From positions 1,922,001-1,986,000 of the forward strand of contig JAKIMF020000001.1 of the NCBI GenBank assembly GCA_022605425.2: DNA of 64,000 nucleotides. Direction: 5' to 3'. This DNA is from Hamiltosporidium tvaerminnensis FI-OER-3-3 (taxonomy: Eukaryota > Fungi > Microsporidia). Both the position numbers and the translations under genes were made by a program. Below, one piece after another: positions 1 to 12,497 of the stretch. The notes beneath the pieces were generated by a model. That model was not told the DNA's origin. It searched no databases and saw only the letters and a list, made by a program, of their open reading frames with translations. Position 1 is the stretch's first letter. Each line of letters starts with the position of its first letter.

Positions 1-1430
1 TCTAGAAATGTACCATGTAGTTTAAATGCTAATCAACATACATTTGAATGTATATTTATATTTATTATTAGATAATATTTGTTTCTCTTAGTTTCTTTCT
101 TCGAGATCTTGGAATATATTTTTATATTTTAAAATAAAACTTGTAATAACTTATATTAAAATAACCTAGAAATTATAATTGTGAAAAAACAAAATGTAAT
201 AATAGGAAAGGCATATGTCTATAATATTAATTTATAAAGTTGCATTTTTATAATCCAACATTTTCTAAAACCAATAAAGATGTTCTTAAATTCACAGATT
301 TTTCTGACGTATTGGTTTTATAAGCTAATTAATTAATTAATCCAAACGAAAAAAAAGAATTTAATGCATTTAAATTATACTTTGGAATAAAGAAATTTAT
401 GATTCATGAGATTAGTATTGATTAAGATAAAGTAGTAATTTTAAATAAATAATGTGAATGAGATTTTGGCATATTTTTTAGATGATCACGATCTTTAAAA
501 TGGAATTCTATTTATTCATTTAATCAAGAAAATAAAATACTAAATACATTTTTTAGAATTGAAAGATCATGGATTTGAATGTTATAGACTGCTGAGTATC
601 GATGTGATAACATGCTGCTTTTTACCGATTCAATTATAGAAATCGAGGGAAATAAAGTCCATAAGATGTATAAACCAGTAATATAACAAATACTAAAAAT
701 TCACATGAAGCAAATAACTTGTTTATTATACAATCGAGTATTTCTTCAGAACAAACAGCTCATGGTTTAATTATAGGGAAAGTCATCGTAATAATGTGAA
801 AACAGCAGACCAAAAATTATTTTAATGATAATATTCGCAGATTAAAAGATTGAAATTGATGTTTTAATTCAAATATAGTAAAAAAAGGAAAATATAGCAG
901 GATAAAACAAAGAAAGATAAATAAAACATGCAAAAGTAAAAATAATATATTAAATAATATTATATCTCTTAGAATTATGTTTAATTATAGTTTTTTTTTA
1001 TGATTCATCTCTTTTATTTGAAATTGATATTTTTTCAATCTTATTGTCAATAAAAGAAATATGCATACAAACCCTATTAAATACTCCTTTTTGTCGTTTA
1101 ATCTCATAACTATATTTATAATAATTATTTTTGCGTAATAAATCAACAAAAATATTTGTATTGAAATATTTAATCATAGTTTATTAAATACACTGGTCTT
1201 AGTGTGCCCCTCGGTGTTGAGAATAGATGAGACTATATGGCATTATATGTTTTAACAAATGAAAAAGATAAATTTGAAAGAAAACAAGAAAAAATATTAA
1301 ATATATACGATTCTTTTGAACTTTTTATTTATTCTATAAATTTCTCATCAATCCAACAATCCAATCGTCTCTTAATAGAACATAATTTGCTAACAGGGAC
1401 AGTTTTTGCGGGGTTGTCCAGCCCCAACAC

Positions 1431-1787
1431 TTATATATTGAACTCAAATTCTTCATTATGTTCTAATATGATTTTTAAGCAAGTAAATTTTTCTGGATAT
1501 TTAAACATTTCAATATATACATCGATGTTTAAAACCCAATACTGCTCAAATGCATTCATTGGCATTTTCTTTGTATCTATAAAGAAGTATTGTAATATTG
1601 AAACCAAAGCATTTTTAACCAAAAATACTTCTACAATATATAATGTAATATGGAAGGAACTATGGAAGTAATATATCACCTGATTACAAGATGATCTCAT
1701 TGTTATAAAGTAAAGATGTGAGTCATAATATATTTCTAAGATGGCTTGAACGAGTAGGAAGAAGAGGATGACAGATAATGTTTTCAT
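1431..1787 (-). CDS. 118-aa hypothetical multicopy protein with hydrophobic, signal-peptide-like N-terminus (copy 1 of 4)
   Basis: MKTLSVILFFLLVQAILE...; frame open and same length in all four diverged copies. ATG is 2 codons after the TTG used by the ORF track. Confidence 0.5.
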   Translation of the reverse strand: MKTLSVILFFLLVQAILEIYYDSHLYFITMRSSCNQVIYYFHSSFHITLYIVEVFLVKNALVSILQYFFIDTKKMPMNAFEQYWVLNIDVYIEMFKYPEKFTCLKIILEHNEEFEFNI

Positions 1788-4376
1788 AAACAAACAATTG
1801 AATTCATTCTTTTATAATAAAAATTGTAAACAAGTTTCATATTTCCTTATCAAATAAACAAATGAAAAAATCAGATTTTAGAAAAATTAAACAAAGAATA
1901 TTTTGATTAGTTTATTAAGATAATATCTGATTTAATAGTAAATTGGGGCACAAAAAAAGTTAAAAATATGGTCTGATACGGTAAGTTAAACACAGAATAT
2001 TATTTAGAATGGTAAAAATATTAAAAATAAGAATTAAAATTTAAATAAAATATGTTAATAAAACAAGTTTGAAAACTTCATATAAATATTTAGTTCGTCT
2101 TTTGGATTGAAAAATGACTTATATTTTTATTAAGGATATCTATTCAAAATTAAAACAAGTAGTAAAAAATTCCACTTAATATTTTTTTATTGCATAGAGG
2201 TATCTAAAGAAAATTCGTTCAAATTGCAATATTTTGGCTATTCATAATCTTGTTTCATTCTTTATTTATATATAATTCATTCGGTAAATTTAAATGTCAT
2301 TGTTTCAATTTCGATCAGCTTCTTTACATGTTTAAGTCTAATGATTTTTGCTTTTAATTTTTTAACCTCTTTTCTTAGAGGCGTGTATGTGCAATTGTAT
2401 TTGTAAAGAATAATGAACTGGTTTGCTGACCGCGCGTTTCTGTGATCATATGAGAAGGTATTTTATAATATAATAAAATTACAAAATAAATTCAAATTTT
2501 TTGCAATACTTTTTATTAATTTATTTTGACGCTCTTTCAGATAAACACTATTTTTCGTTCTTTCTTCTGGCGTGTATGCGGAATGATCGGAAGATTGACT
2601 CACTCTTGAAATGACCTACAAAGTTTTCATATGCGAATTCCGGCTTATATGGATCTATTCTACGCAATTGCAGCGTCTGATATTATTATTTGCTTACTAT
2701 CATGGCAAGGATGAGTCGCACAGGAGGTTTTAAAAGGATTAATTCTAATCACATATATGTTGAAAATGTAAATGCGGCTACTTTACATCTTATCTTTTTA
2801 TTTTTCTTATCATATTATAACTTTAATGCTATTCTTGATAAGTTTTTTTTACCGAAAGTCTTGTATCGGTATAAAGAACAGATAAATTAAATTATGGAAG
2901 AAGAATGATAGGCGCTTGGCTTTTGTATTGTAAAACATGTGAATAATACCCAAAAAATCAGTGAATTAAGAATATGTAGAATCTAAACAAAGTCTTCTTT
3001 ATTTATAATTTTATCGATAAACTTATATGTTGTAATTTCGCCTGGTCTTCTAATTTGCATTTTTAAATTTAATTCATTTAAATGTTTGTTGTTAGTGGTT
3101 AATATAGCATGTGTACTGATCCACTGATGATTTTAAACTTGATCGTGATATCTCGAAGAATGTTTTGATTCATTGATCTTGAGTTGATGTCATCTTATAA
3201 TAGTTTTCTGGAAATGTAATTTATTGTGTAAATCCGTAAACGTATTACTTCGAATTCTCTATATCTATTATTTTTTTTCCGAAAAGTGCATCGAATGTAT
3301 CATTTTGTTTTCTAACACGTAAGTTAGTTTTTTTAATTAATTTCTTTGCTTTTCTCTTTAATATTGATGATTTTAGACATGCGTTTGGTGCATTGTTCAG
3401 TGTAAAACAAGGAATAACTGATAGAGTTTGACGAAAGTCACTAGACGGTAAAATTAAAGCTCTTAAGAATGCCTGTTAATTCGCTCTAAAATTTTTTAGT
3501 GTACGATAAAGGGCTTCCAGTCCTTTTTTGTGTGTCTCTTTGTAGTATTCTACTATTAATTATAGGTTATTGAATTCATAATAAATATAAAATTATATTT
3601 TATTAAAACCTCAATGGTGAAAGAAAGGTAAACCTGAAGTGGAATAATAATTCAAATAAATCTTCGTTAATCAAAAAAAATCTTTAGTTACACGGGTTAA
3701 CAAACCCTTTTATTCAAATGATAGAACCTGCCTCTATCAAAGATACCTTTTATCTGGGTGACTCGAGAGATATTGTGACATCCTCATACATTAGTTTTTT
3801 AATCAGTTCGTATTTAGTGACTTTGCCTATTCCATAATTTTTAGTAATATTACATATTGTTCTCTCATTGGTTTGCAAATACAATTGTAACGTTAAAAAT
3901 GGATGTTTCGGATGATCATTATCTAAAAATGTTGCCCGATTTTGGAAAAAATTCGAGAAAAAGAGCAAGAATGAATATAAAAAACAAATAGGACACTTTT
4001 AACCCTATTATATTTAACAAAACCCATTTAAGATATGACACGCTTTACTAGCACGTTTTAGATTACTATACCATCTTTAACTACCTGCTAACCTAAATAT
4101 TCATTTAATACCATACTTTAACTGTAGTACTCTCTGAATTTTAACTCCTTAAATTCACCACACTGTTTTAACATCGTTTAATAAAAATCTCATAATAAAA
4201 TCTTTAGTTATAGGGTTTTTTGATCAATATAATAATCCTTGCAATCCATATAATAATTTTTCGATCAATATCATAATTGTTGAAGTCAATATCATAATCC
4301 TTGCAATCAATATAATAATTATTTTTAAAAAATAAAAATTTAAAAAATAAAATTATAAATAGTACTTGAGATTTAT

Positions 4377-5543
4377 TATTTAAGAATCACTTGCCCTACT
4401 TCGGCCTTTTGCAAATACTCTAAAATTTTGTGGTAAAAAGAACTACAATGTTCTCCCGTGATCTCATTAAATTTTTCACAAATTAATATTCTCAACTGAG
4501 GCCCAGTACGAGCGCCACCTCGAATTACTTTATTTTTTCAGATCGAGATTAAATTCTCAATTGGATTAAGAAATGGAGAGTAAGGTGGAAGAAATTTTAT
4601 TCGATCCGCAGCAATTTCCTCATCATCATCCAATCCACGATAGTGATGAATTCTCGCATTGTCCATTACAAATATTGGAGTCAAAATTCCTTGCTCTTGA
4701 CAACTTTCATTAATTTCATTAATAGATAATTTGAAGTCCTCACCATTTACAGCCCTTTCATGAATCTTATGGTATATCATACCATATTTGTTCATTGCTG
4801 CGACTCTGAAATATTTTTACTTCAGGCTGCAGCCACAAAAAATGTGTAGATTCATTTTTCATATTAGGGTCTCTACTGGGGCGTATTACTACCGCAACCC
4901 CAACTTCGTCTAAAAAGACAAAGTTTTTGTCATCGTTATTAACCTCCAATTCTCGAAAACTAGTTGCGTAATTTGTTCTGAGCTCGTTTTCAATGGTAAC
5001 TTTCTACGCTCAGGCACTAATATTATATGCTTTGGAGTGTAATGATACTCTCTTGGTGCGCGATCAATATACTAGTTGACACATCAACATTAAAAGTGCA
5101 TTTGATCTATTCTGCCAGCTCATACAGGGTTTCTGTGCACTCCAAGCTAACATAGGTTTGTAAGCTCTCTTTTATTTCCTGAGTTAACTTTGAACGCCTA
5201 TCACCACCATCTCTTTTCTCGACAAATACCAGGCCGGTTTTTAAATATCGTTTAACGATACTATTAACCGTCTGTTAATTTATTTGATACATCGAGGCAA
5301 TTGCAGACATAGAATGGCCTTCATATGTCTTTTAAATTGTGCATTCCCGATCATTATTAGAAACTTTTTGTTTCCTCAGAGCTGGAATGGTGGTTGTTAA
5401 GGGATTTTCATCATGTGATCTCGATGTTTCTACAAGACACTTCAAAACATTGTCATTTTCGCACTCTATACATTCCGGTGTTTCACCACATGAAAATCAT
5501 ATTTGTTCTCGTTGGTATTTTTACCTGAAAAAGAATTTAACAT
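4377..5543 (-). pseudogene. Tc1/IS630 DD34E transposase pseudogene (stops and frameshifts)
   Basis: CCC-ATG at 5543; HTH-like SAIASMYQIN*QTVNSIVKRYLKTG and GGDRRSKLT; DDE motifs split over frames. Confidence 0.85.
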
Positions 5544-5584
5544 GGGAGTTAATTTTATAATGAATAAATTATTTTTTAAATTTT

Positions 5585-8500
5585 AGATGGGTAGAAAGAA
5601 AAATGTTAGCAGCGAAATATCGAATAATACCAAAATAAAGGCTGCAAACGACGCTGATGAGGTGAAAAAGAGTGATAGTGAGATACAAAAATGTAAGCTA
5701 CACCCACCGGCGATTCCCCTACCTTCCTCCTCCTACACAACAATAACACCTCCACCACCAAGCCAAACATGCAGTAAAATGCAAAATAGTGGGCTTGACA
5801 CCTTACCTTCGCCTAATGCACCAGTTCCCTCTTCGGTTGAAGTCTCTGCGTGCGAGCCATCGTACGACATGACAAGCCCCTGTACTCTAGCTATTCCGGA
5901 AGGTAACAGGCTAATGGCATTGCGGACGATATTCGATTCCGTAACAGCCGACCCGAAGGAATGGCCTCGAATTGTTTTTTTTGCAGTACAGACAAGGTTT
6001 GAAAGAATGCCAAGAAATGGCTGGACAGAGCTTCACAGGTACTATAATGAGAAATTCGGCTGCACTGAAACTCTCGAAGTGTTAAAAAAATTGGCACAAA
6101 GTGAGATGGGAAAGGATGTAAAATCAGAAGAGAATGGAGAGCGACGTAGAATCGCCACTTGTCTCGCTGATACATGCACCTTGACCGACACCACGGAGTA
6201 CATAAACCTGAGAGATAAATTCTTGAGTAAAATCAAAGAAATCTCTGAGAACGAAATTGGAAAAGTAGTGGTCCGAACTAGAAAACATCCAAATGAATTG
6301 GTTGATAGTAAAGTTCTGGATCTCATTAATCGAGTAGTCGGTGAATATGCAGGAGCTCATGTACCTGAGTCAATTACGGAAGCCGCGTATATCATGCAAG
6401 CTGCGCAGGTATGCTATGACGAGGCAACACGCAAAGAAAAGCCTAGATCCGCTTGGAAGGAAAACATAGAAAGTAAAATTTCTAAGTTAGTACTTTCCAA
6501 AGATCTTCTCGAGAAGGCTCGTAAGCAGGAAAAGCTCTCCACTTCGGAAACGAAGAGCCTTAAGAAAATCATGCGAGAGTTTAATTTAAACTTGAGCAGC
6601 GTAACTGATCTTTCTGAGGCTTTAGTTAAGAAGAATGAGTCTTTGAATGTTTACGAGAAAAAAATTACGATGCATGAAAGTAGGAAGCAATTCCGAAAAG
6701 AGAATCGTATGTTTGAGCTTTTCCGAGGTCGATTTTATCGTGGGTTATCTGAGCGTGTGGAATCCGAGCATGTGGTTAGCCGTGATGAAATTGTGAGTTT
6801 TTGGTCTACAATGTGGAACAAAAATGATGACACAGTCACGTACGATGATTATTTGATTTCATTTGTATCAGATAATCATCCGACCACGTTTCCTTCACTT
6901 GATGAATTTGTGAATATCATTAATTGGCTCCCTAATTGGAAAGCTGCTGGAATTGATGGTATTTACAATTTTTTCATTAAGAAACTTACAACTCTTCACA
7001 AATATCTTTATGATATTGTGAAAGTTATATGTTTAGAAGGAACACCTCAAGCTGATTGGTTTTACTGCGGGCTTACGTATTTGATACCGAAAGGAATTCC
7101 ACGAAGAGGCTCTGACTACAGGCCAATCACTTGTATGTCCAACCTCTATAAGTTAACGACAAAGTGTGTAACGAAAGTCGTTCAACTTGAAGTGGAAAGG
7201 CGAGGGTTGCTTGCAGAGAACCAACTAGGGGCGGTAAGAGGTGTGCAGGGAGCGAAAGAGCAGGCTCTACTGAATATTGCCTTAAATAAAGAGTACGGAA
7301 ACAATCTTAAGGCAACATGGATTGATGTTAAAAAAGCTTATGATTCAATAGATCATGCTTATTTAACTCAATGCATTGAAAACCTTAATTTACCTGATTG
7401 GATCCTGAAATTTATTAAGGTAATTATATCAAAATGGAAAATTGATATATCAGTAGGGCCGAAAAAAATCATGAGCAAGAAGATTGATAGAGGGATCCTG
7501 CAAGGAGATAGTCTGTCACCTTTGTTATTTGTGTTGTGTATGGATCCATTAAGCCGAAAGCTTAATGAAAAATACACAAAAGTGACAGTACAAACAGATG
7601 CAGAATCCCATTCTACTAATCATCTCTTGTTTATTGATGATCTTAAGCTCCTTGCAAAAGACAGCTCCACATTGAGTGCTATGACAGGCGAGGCAAAGGA
7701 ATTTTTAGAGGTGATTGGCTTAGAGATTAACAAAGAGAAGTCAGCCACAAATGATACGTGTTGTGAAGATACTGCTACTCTTCTAGAAGGTGTTAGTGTT
7801 TACAAATATTTAGGAATAATAGAAGATAGCAGAGGAATCCCAACACGTAGCTCATTTGAAGAAGTACAGAGCAAACTTATATCAAGAGTTGAAAGACTTT
7901 GTCACACTAGATTAAATGCAAAAAATTTATTTTCTGCAATCAATCAACATGCGATATCGTTAATCAACTACCACATAGGAGTACTTCGACTTGAACCGGC
8001 TGACTTCTCTAAGTTAGATGATGCAGTGCGTGCGGTGTTGGTTAAAAATAAGATACATCTCCGCCCAGGATGTAAAGAGCGGTTGTATCTTCCTAGAACA
8101 GAACTTGGAAGAGGCCTACATAGTGTTGAGTTGCGAAGCGAACATATGCTTCTGCAACTCTTGGATTGTCTGGAAAAAAGTAAAGAAATATCAACTAGAC
8201 GAGCAGCAATCCTCAAGGTGGAGAATAATAATAAAACCCATCTTGCACTAATAAAAGGCTTCTTAAAAGTAAAGTACAGGTTGGCAGAAGAAGTCACTAA
8301 GAAAAGTTTAGAAGAAGCTCAACTTGCAAAACTATATAACGAAATAGAAAAACGAAAACTCCATTCAAAGTTATATAATGCAAGGAAAAATGAGCTTGTG
8401 AGTGTTAGCGACTCTTCAAGATGGCTAAAGAGAGGAAATATTAGGCCACGAAATGAAGCTGTGTTCTGCTATATCCAGGATAGAAATGTATTCTGGGGAG

Positions 8501-9393
8501 CAGATGGTGTGTGTCAACATTGCGGGAAGTCTGGTAAGACTGTGGATCATCTAGCAACTAGATGTGAAAAAATGCTAGGCCATGATTACACTAGACGGCA
8601 TAATGAAGTGGTTAGATGCCTACACCTTCTCCTTCTAAATAGATATAAGTTTAAGTCTTCAAAACGAATAAGGAGCCACTCAGTTCAAGAAATTCTTGAT
8701 AATGAGTATGCAGAGATAAGAGTAGACACCAGAATTAAAACTGATGTTAAAATTCGGAATAACAGACCAGACATATTTATTTTAGATAAGAAGAAGAATA
8801 AGATAACACTCATTGAAGTAGGAATCACTTCCCAAGATTCACTTCAAATAGTTGAAACTGAAAAACTTAGGAAGTATGACCTGCTAGCCAATGAGTTGGG
8901 CCTTATTTATAAGTGTAGTGTTGAGATAATCCCTTATGTGATGACCTGGGACGGTATTGTGACAAAATACCATAAATCTCATCTTAAAAGACTAGAAATA
9001 CCTATGAATGTAGAAGCATACATTCAGTCTATAGTACTTAAAAAGACAGTCGAAACTATTTCCTTTGATCGACGAAGAGGACTTGAGTCAGGACTAAATG
9101 CCGAAGAGAGCTGGGAGAGAGCGTCAATGGGTGTTATTATGAGATCAGAGATGCATGAGGAACCAATACCCCCTTTAAAAGAAGCGAAAACAGAGGAAGA
9201 TGGTGCCAAAAATTTTAAACCAAAATATAAAGCCCCCTTTATTTTACAAGGAGGAACCACTTTAGAGGAACCGACCAATAACATAAATGAAGAGTCGGAT
9301 TTGGAAGAAGAGACAAAAGTGGTTAAAGAGGTAGAAGAAAACATGTAAAAAATGGTAAAAAATATTTTAACCCAGAATTTTATTAAATAAAAA
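5585..9393 (+). mobile_element. Apparently intact RLE-type non-LTR retrotransposon (R4/Dong/NeSL-like) with 11-bp target-site duplication
   Basis: TTTTAAATTTT at 5574-5584 and 9394-9404; empty site in the mirror arm (~18500-18540); 3' end AACCCAGAATTTTATTAAATAAAAA. Confidence 0.93.
5587..9348 (+). CDS. LINE polyprotein (1253 aa): reverse transcriptase, CCHC zinc knuckle and restriction-like endonuclease
   Basis: RT motifs KAAGIDG, YRPITC, WIDVKKAYDS, GILQGDSLSP, LFIDDL, YKYLG; CQHC...H...C; RHN...RPD...IEV...K RLE signature. Confidence 0.96.
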   Translation: MGRKKNVSSEISNNTKIKAANDADEVKKSDSEIQKCKLHPPAIPLPSSSYTTITPPPPSQTCSKMQNSGLDTLPSPNAPVPSSVEVSACEPSYDMTSPCTLAIPEGNRLMALRTIFDSVTADPKEWPRIVFFAVQTRFERMPRNGWTELHRYYNEKFGCTETLEVLKKLAQSEMGKDVKSEENGERRRIATCLADTCTLTDTTEYINLRDKFLSKIKEISENEIGKVVVRTRKHPNELVDSKVLDLINRVVGEYAGAHVPESITEAAYIMQAAQVCYDEATRKEKPRSAWKENIESKISKLVLSKDLLEKARKQEKLSTSETKSLKKIMREFNLNLSSVTDLSEALVKKNESLNVYEKKITMHESRKQFRKENRMFELFRGRFYRGLSERVESEHVVSRDEIVSFWSTMWNKNDDTVTYDDYLISFVSDNHPTTFPSLDEFVNIINWLPNWKAAGIDGIYNFFIKKLTTLHKYLYDIVKVICLEGTPQADWFYCGLTYLIPKGIPRRGSDYRPITCMSNLYKLTTKCVTKVVQLEVERRGLLAENQLGAVRGVQGAKEQALLNIALNKEYGNNLKATWIDVKKAYDSIDHAYLTQCIENLNLPDWILKFIKVIISKWKIDISVGPKKIMSKKIDRGILQGDSLSPLLFVLCMDPLSRKLNEKYTKVTVQTDAESHSTNHLLFIDDLKLLAKDSSTLSAMTGEAKEFLEVIGLEINKEKSATNDTCCEDTATLLEGVSVYKYLGIIEDSRGIPTRSSFEEVQSKLISRVERLCHTRLNAKNLFSAINQHAISLINYHIGVLRLEPADFSKLDDAVRAVLVKNKIHLRPGCKERLYLPRTELGRGLHSVELRSEHMLLQLLDCLEKSKEISTRRAAILKVENNNKTHLALIKGFLKVKYRLAEEVTKKSLEEAQLAKLYNEIEKRKLHSKLYNARKNELVSVSDSSRWLKRGNIRPRNEAVFCYIQDRNVFWGADGVCQHCGKSGKTVDHLATRCEKMLGHDYTRRHNEVVRCLHLLLLNRYKFKSSKRIRSHSVQEILDNEYAEIRVDTRIKTDVKIRNNRPDIFILDKKKNKITLIEVGITSQDSLQIVETEKLRKYDLLANELGLIYKCSVEIIPYVMTWDGIVTKYHKSHLKRLEIPMNVEAYIQSIVLKKTVETISFDRRRGLESGLNAEESWERASMGVIMRSEMHEEPIPPLKEAKTEEDGAKNFKPKYKAPFILQGGTTLEEPTNNINEESDLEEETKVVKEVEENM

Positions 9394-10492
9394 TTTTAAA
9401 TTTTTATTTTTTAAAAATAATTATTCTATGGATTGCAAGGATTATGATATTGATTGCAACAATTATGATATTGATCGAAAATTTATTATATTGATTGCAA
9501 TGATTATGATATTGATCGAAAATTTATTATATTGATTGCAATGATTATGATATTGATCGAAAAATTATGATATTGATTGCAGGATTATTATATTCATTGA
9601 AAAGCCTTATAATATACCTTGATATAAAAGAGGTATAAAAGAACATGCAAAAATGTGTAGTAAATATGCGATATCATTTCGTTGTTATCATATAAAATTA
9701 CAGGAATAACGAGTTGCTTTTTTTATCTCATAAGTAACAAAAAAGTTACCTTCGCAAGAGATTTGAAGAACCTCAATCAATTTCTTATGAATATAACATC
9801 CAAAAATTCTCTTATATTCTTTCATTATAATTAATTTTCAAACAATAAATTCTAGCATTGTCTCGGTGTTTATATTTTTTCTAAGTATTTAAAAATATTC
9901 TTAACTTCAGGCACTTGATTTTGTTTTATAAATTTTTTTTGTAGTTTTCGTTGTTTGTATTTGTTCTATACAAAAAGTGATTTTTTTGATACAATTAACT
10001 TTCTGGATTTATATTTGTTCTCTAAATACCAATAAAAACGTTAAAATATTAAGAGAAATTAAATCTAATTTTTTATTTGTTAATCATTAATATTTAACAC
10101 AGGCTTCGCCATTTCGTTTCAAGAAACCAAATATTTATAAATTATGTTTTTACTAAAAAAAAATTTGAAAACGTCTATATAGCATACAATCTCAGATTTT
10201 AGTATTTATATTTAAGATTTATATAGGAACCTATGCACAGTATAATCCTAATGCACAAATCACATAGATAAACTCAAAAACAATACCCAAATAAAAAGCT
10301 CTTATTATCAAAACTTATAAGCGTAAATTTTAAAAGTATTTTAGAAAAAAAATATAAAATATAAACGATTCTTTTGAACTTTTTATTTATTCTATGAATT
10401 ACTCATTAATGAAACAATAATCAACGTGTCTCTTTCATAGAACTTTATTTGCTAACAGGGACAGTTTTTGCGGGGTTGTCCAGCCCCAAAAC

Positions 10493-10849
10493 TTATATAT
10501 TGAACTCAAATTCTTCATTATGTTCTAAAAAAATTTTATAATAAGCACATTTTTCTGGATATTTAAACATTTCAATATATACTTCTATGATTAAAACCCA
10601 ATACTGCTCAAATGCATTCATTGGTATTTTTTTTGAATCTATAAATAAGTATTGTAATATTGAAACCAAAGCATTTATAATCAAAAATACTTCTACAATA
10701 TATAATGTAATATGGAAGGAACTATGGAAGTAATATATCACTTGATTACAAGATGATCTCATTGTTATAAAGTGAAGATGTGAGTCATAATATATTTCTA
10801 AGATGGCTTGAGCGAGTATGAAGAAGAGGATGACAGATAATGTTTTCAT
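10493..10849 (-). CDS. 118-aa multicopy hypothetical protein (copy 2 of 4)
   Basis: Closely similar to the other three copies; frame intact. Confidence 0.5.
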   Translation of the reverse strand: MKTLSVILFFILAQAILEIYYDSHLHFITMRSSCNQVIYYFHSSFHITLYIVEVFLIINALVSILQYLFIDSKKIPMNAFEQYWVLIIEVYIEMFKYPEKCAYYKIFLEHNEEFEFNI

Positions 10850-12460
10850 AAACAAACAATGTTATTCATTCTTTTATAATAAAAATTGTAAACAAGTTTC
10901 ATGTTTTCTTATCAAATAAACAAATCAAAAATCAGATTTTAGAAAAATTAAACAAAGAATATTTGATTTTTTTAAATAAATAATATCTTAATTGATTATT
11001 TAAGAATTTAATATTACTTTTGAGTAATTCTAATTAAAATAATTAATTCAAGAAATAGCTTTTCTTAACTAACAGTTTAAACTAGAATTATGGTAGCGTA
11101 TATTTTTAGATAAATATTTTGGTTTGAACAACAAATTTCAGCGCTAAAAATGTTTACTTAAATGGTAAAAAGCGGAGAGTATAGAAGGCTTGAAATAAAA
11201 AAATTTGTGCTGTAAAAAGGGGATAATATTTCATTTGATTTTTTTGAATTCGAAGCATAATTTATTTTTTTAAGAAATTAAAAAGAACTGATACCAAATT
11301 TTACTAAATGCTTAAAGGAATGTAAAATATACTAAGAAGCCGAATGAAAATGAATTGCTTTCGTAAATCAAAAATATGATATATTAAGCTGCTTGAATTA
11401 ATGGCTTAAAGAATAATTTCTTGATTTAATCCTTTAATATATTAAATAATTCAAATTAGATTAGGAATTGATATTTCAATTAAAATTTAGAACGTTATTT
11501 AAAAAAGAAATGATAAATATTCGAGTGGTTTTTTTTCTAAAGTTCACTTGTGAATTTTGTCGAAGAACATGATGAGGCGAAAACCTGATTTTAAATATAC
11601 AAAGATATATATCTTGATTAAATAGACTCTATAACATGCGATTCACGCTAAACAAGATATTAGGACGTCAATATACGAAAATAAATTTGATTGCTACAGT
11701 GGCGGAAAGAAAACATCATTCTTTTTAAACTAAGGTAAAGAGTAAAAAAGAGAAATATGTCTTCAAATGATATTTTTTGTAACATACAATGCTTCGTTTG
11801 AAAAAGTTACGATAAAAAATATTTTGAAGAATATAAACCCACCAAAGAAAATCTAAATTGGATTTGTTTTATTTAATAGCGGGTTTCAATTAAAAATTGT
11901 GAAAAGTTTACATAAATTTCACGCCAGTCTTTAGTTCATAAAATAAATCAGAATACGTTGATTATGCTTGAAATTTTGTATAATTTGAAGGTTATCAGTT
12001 ATTTTATCTTTATGAAAATATTCAATATAGACTTAGTCAACAAATAAAATAAATTTGGTGCGAATTTTAAGCGCATGTGTATATGCCTAGAACGGAATTT
12101 TTAAAAAATCTTGCCCTGTATTAAGTATATAAGTTAAAATATACATTTTAAGCCTTAATTTATTTTAAAATTTTAAAAAGTAATATTGCTCAAAAAAGCG
12201 GCAATTATAAAACCTGAATATCAAAATCGAAATAGATATGCACGCAAAAAATATTTTTCATCACTAATCATGAAATAGAAACGAAATATGACTCGACGAA
12301 GTATGTTTATACATTTAATAGCTCGTTTTTTCTCTACGGATGAACAAATTCCAACAATTAACCATAGATTCAACAAGTTAAAGGCGTCCCAGAGACAATT
12401 TTTTCTTTTGATAGGTTGGGTTGTCAGCCTCCCACAAACTTTTGAACGAAAAGTAAAGAG

Positions 12461-12497
12461 TGAACCAACCGGGGGGGATCGAACCCCGCCATTCGGA
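12461..12497 (-). tRNA. tRNA-like 3' half only (variable loop, T-arm, acceptor 3' strand); relic or B-box element
   Basis: Minus strand CCGAA TGGC GGGG TTCGATC CCCCC CGGTTGG; no D-arm or 5' acceptor strand found nearby. Confidence 0.3.

Larger units (their letters stand above)
4211..9609 (-). mobile_element. Defective Tc1/IS630-family (DD34E) DNA transposon, interrupted by a LINE in one terminal repeat
   Basis: TA flanks at 4209-10 and 9610-11; inverted ends TAGGG.../...CCTTA built of ~21-bp subrepeats; transposase fragments FVFLDEVG, VMDNARIH, FLPPYSPFLNPIE with 34 residues between the second D and E. Confidence 0.88.
1295..11513. repeat. Left arm of a large inverted segmental duplication (includes a 3.8-kb LINE insertion absent from the right arm)
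   Basis: Reverse complement matches 16408-22806 throughout, e.g. mirrored ORFs 4538..4795/19300..19557, 5339..5560/18535..18756 and 2690..2890/21210..21410. Inner boundary near 'tttaaaaaagaa' at ~11510 and ~16412. Confidence 0.93.

Noticed and set aside
1237-1671. 144-aa plus-strand ORF (and 17189..17545 on the minus strand)
   Set aside because: Antisense shadows of the four-copy 118-aa ORF; not conserved in length across copies.
5891-9344. Small ORFs on the minus strand or alternate frame within the LINE
   Set aside because: Shadows of the polyprotein with no independent motifs.
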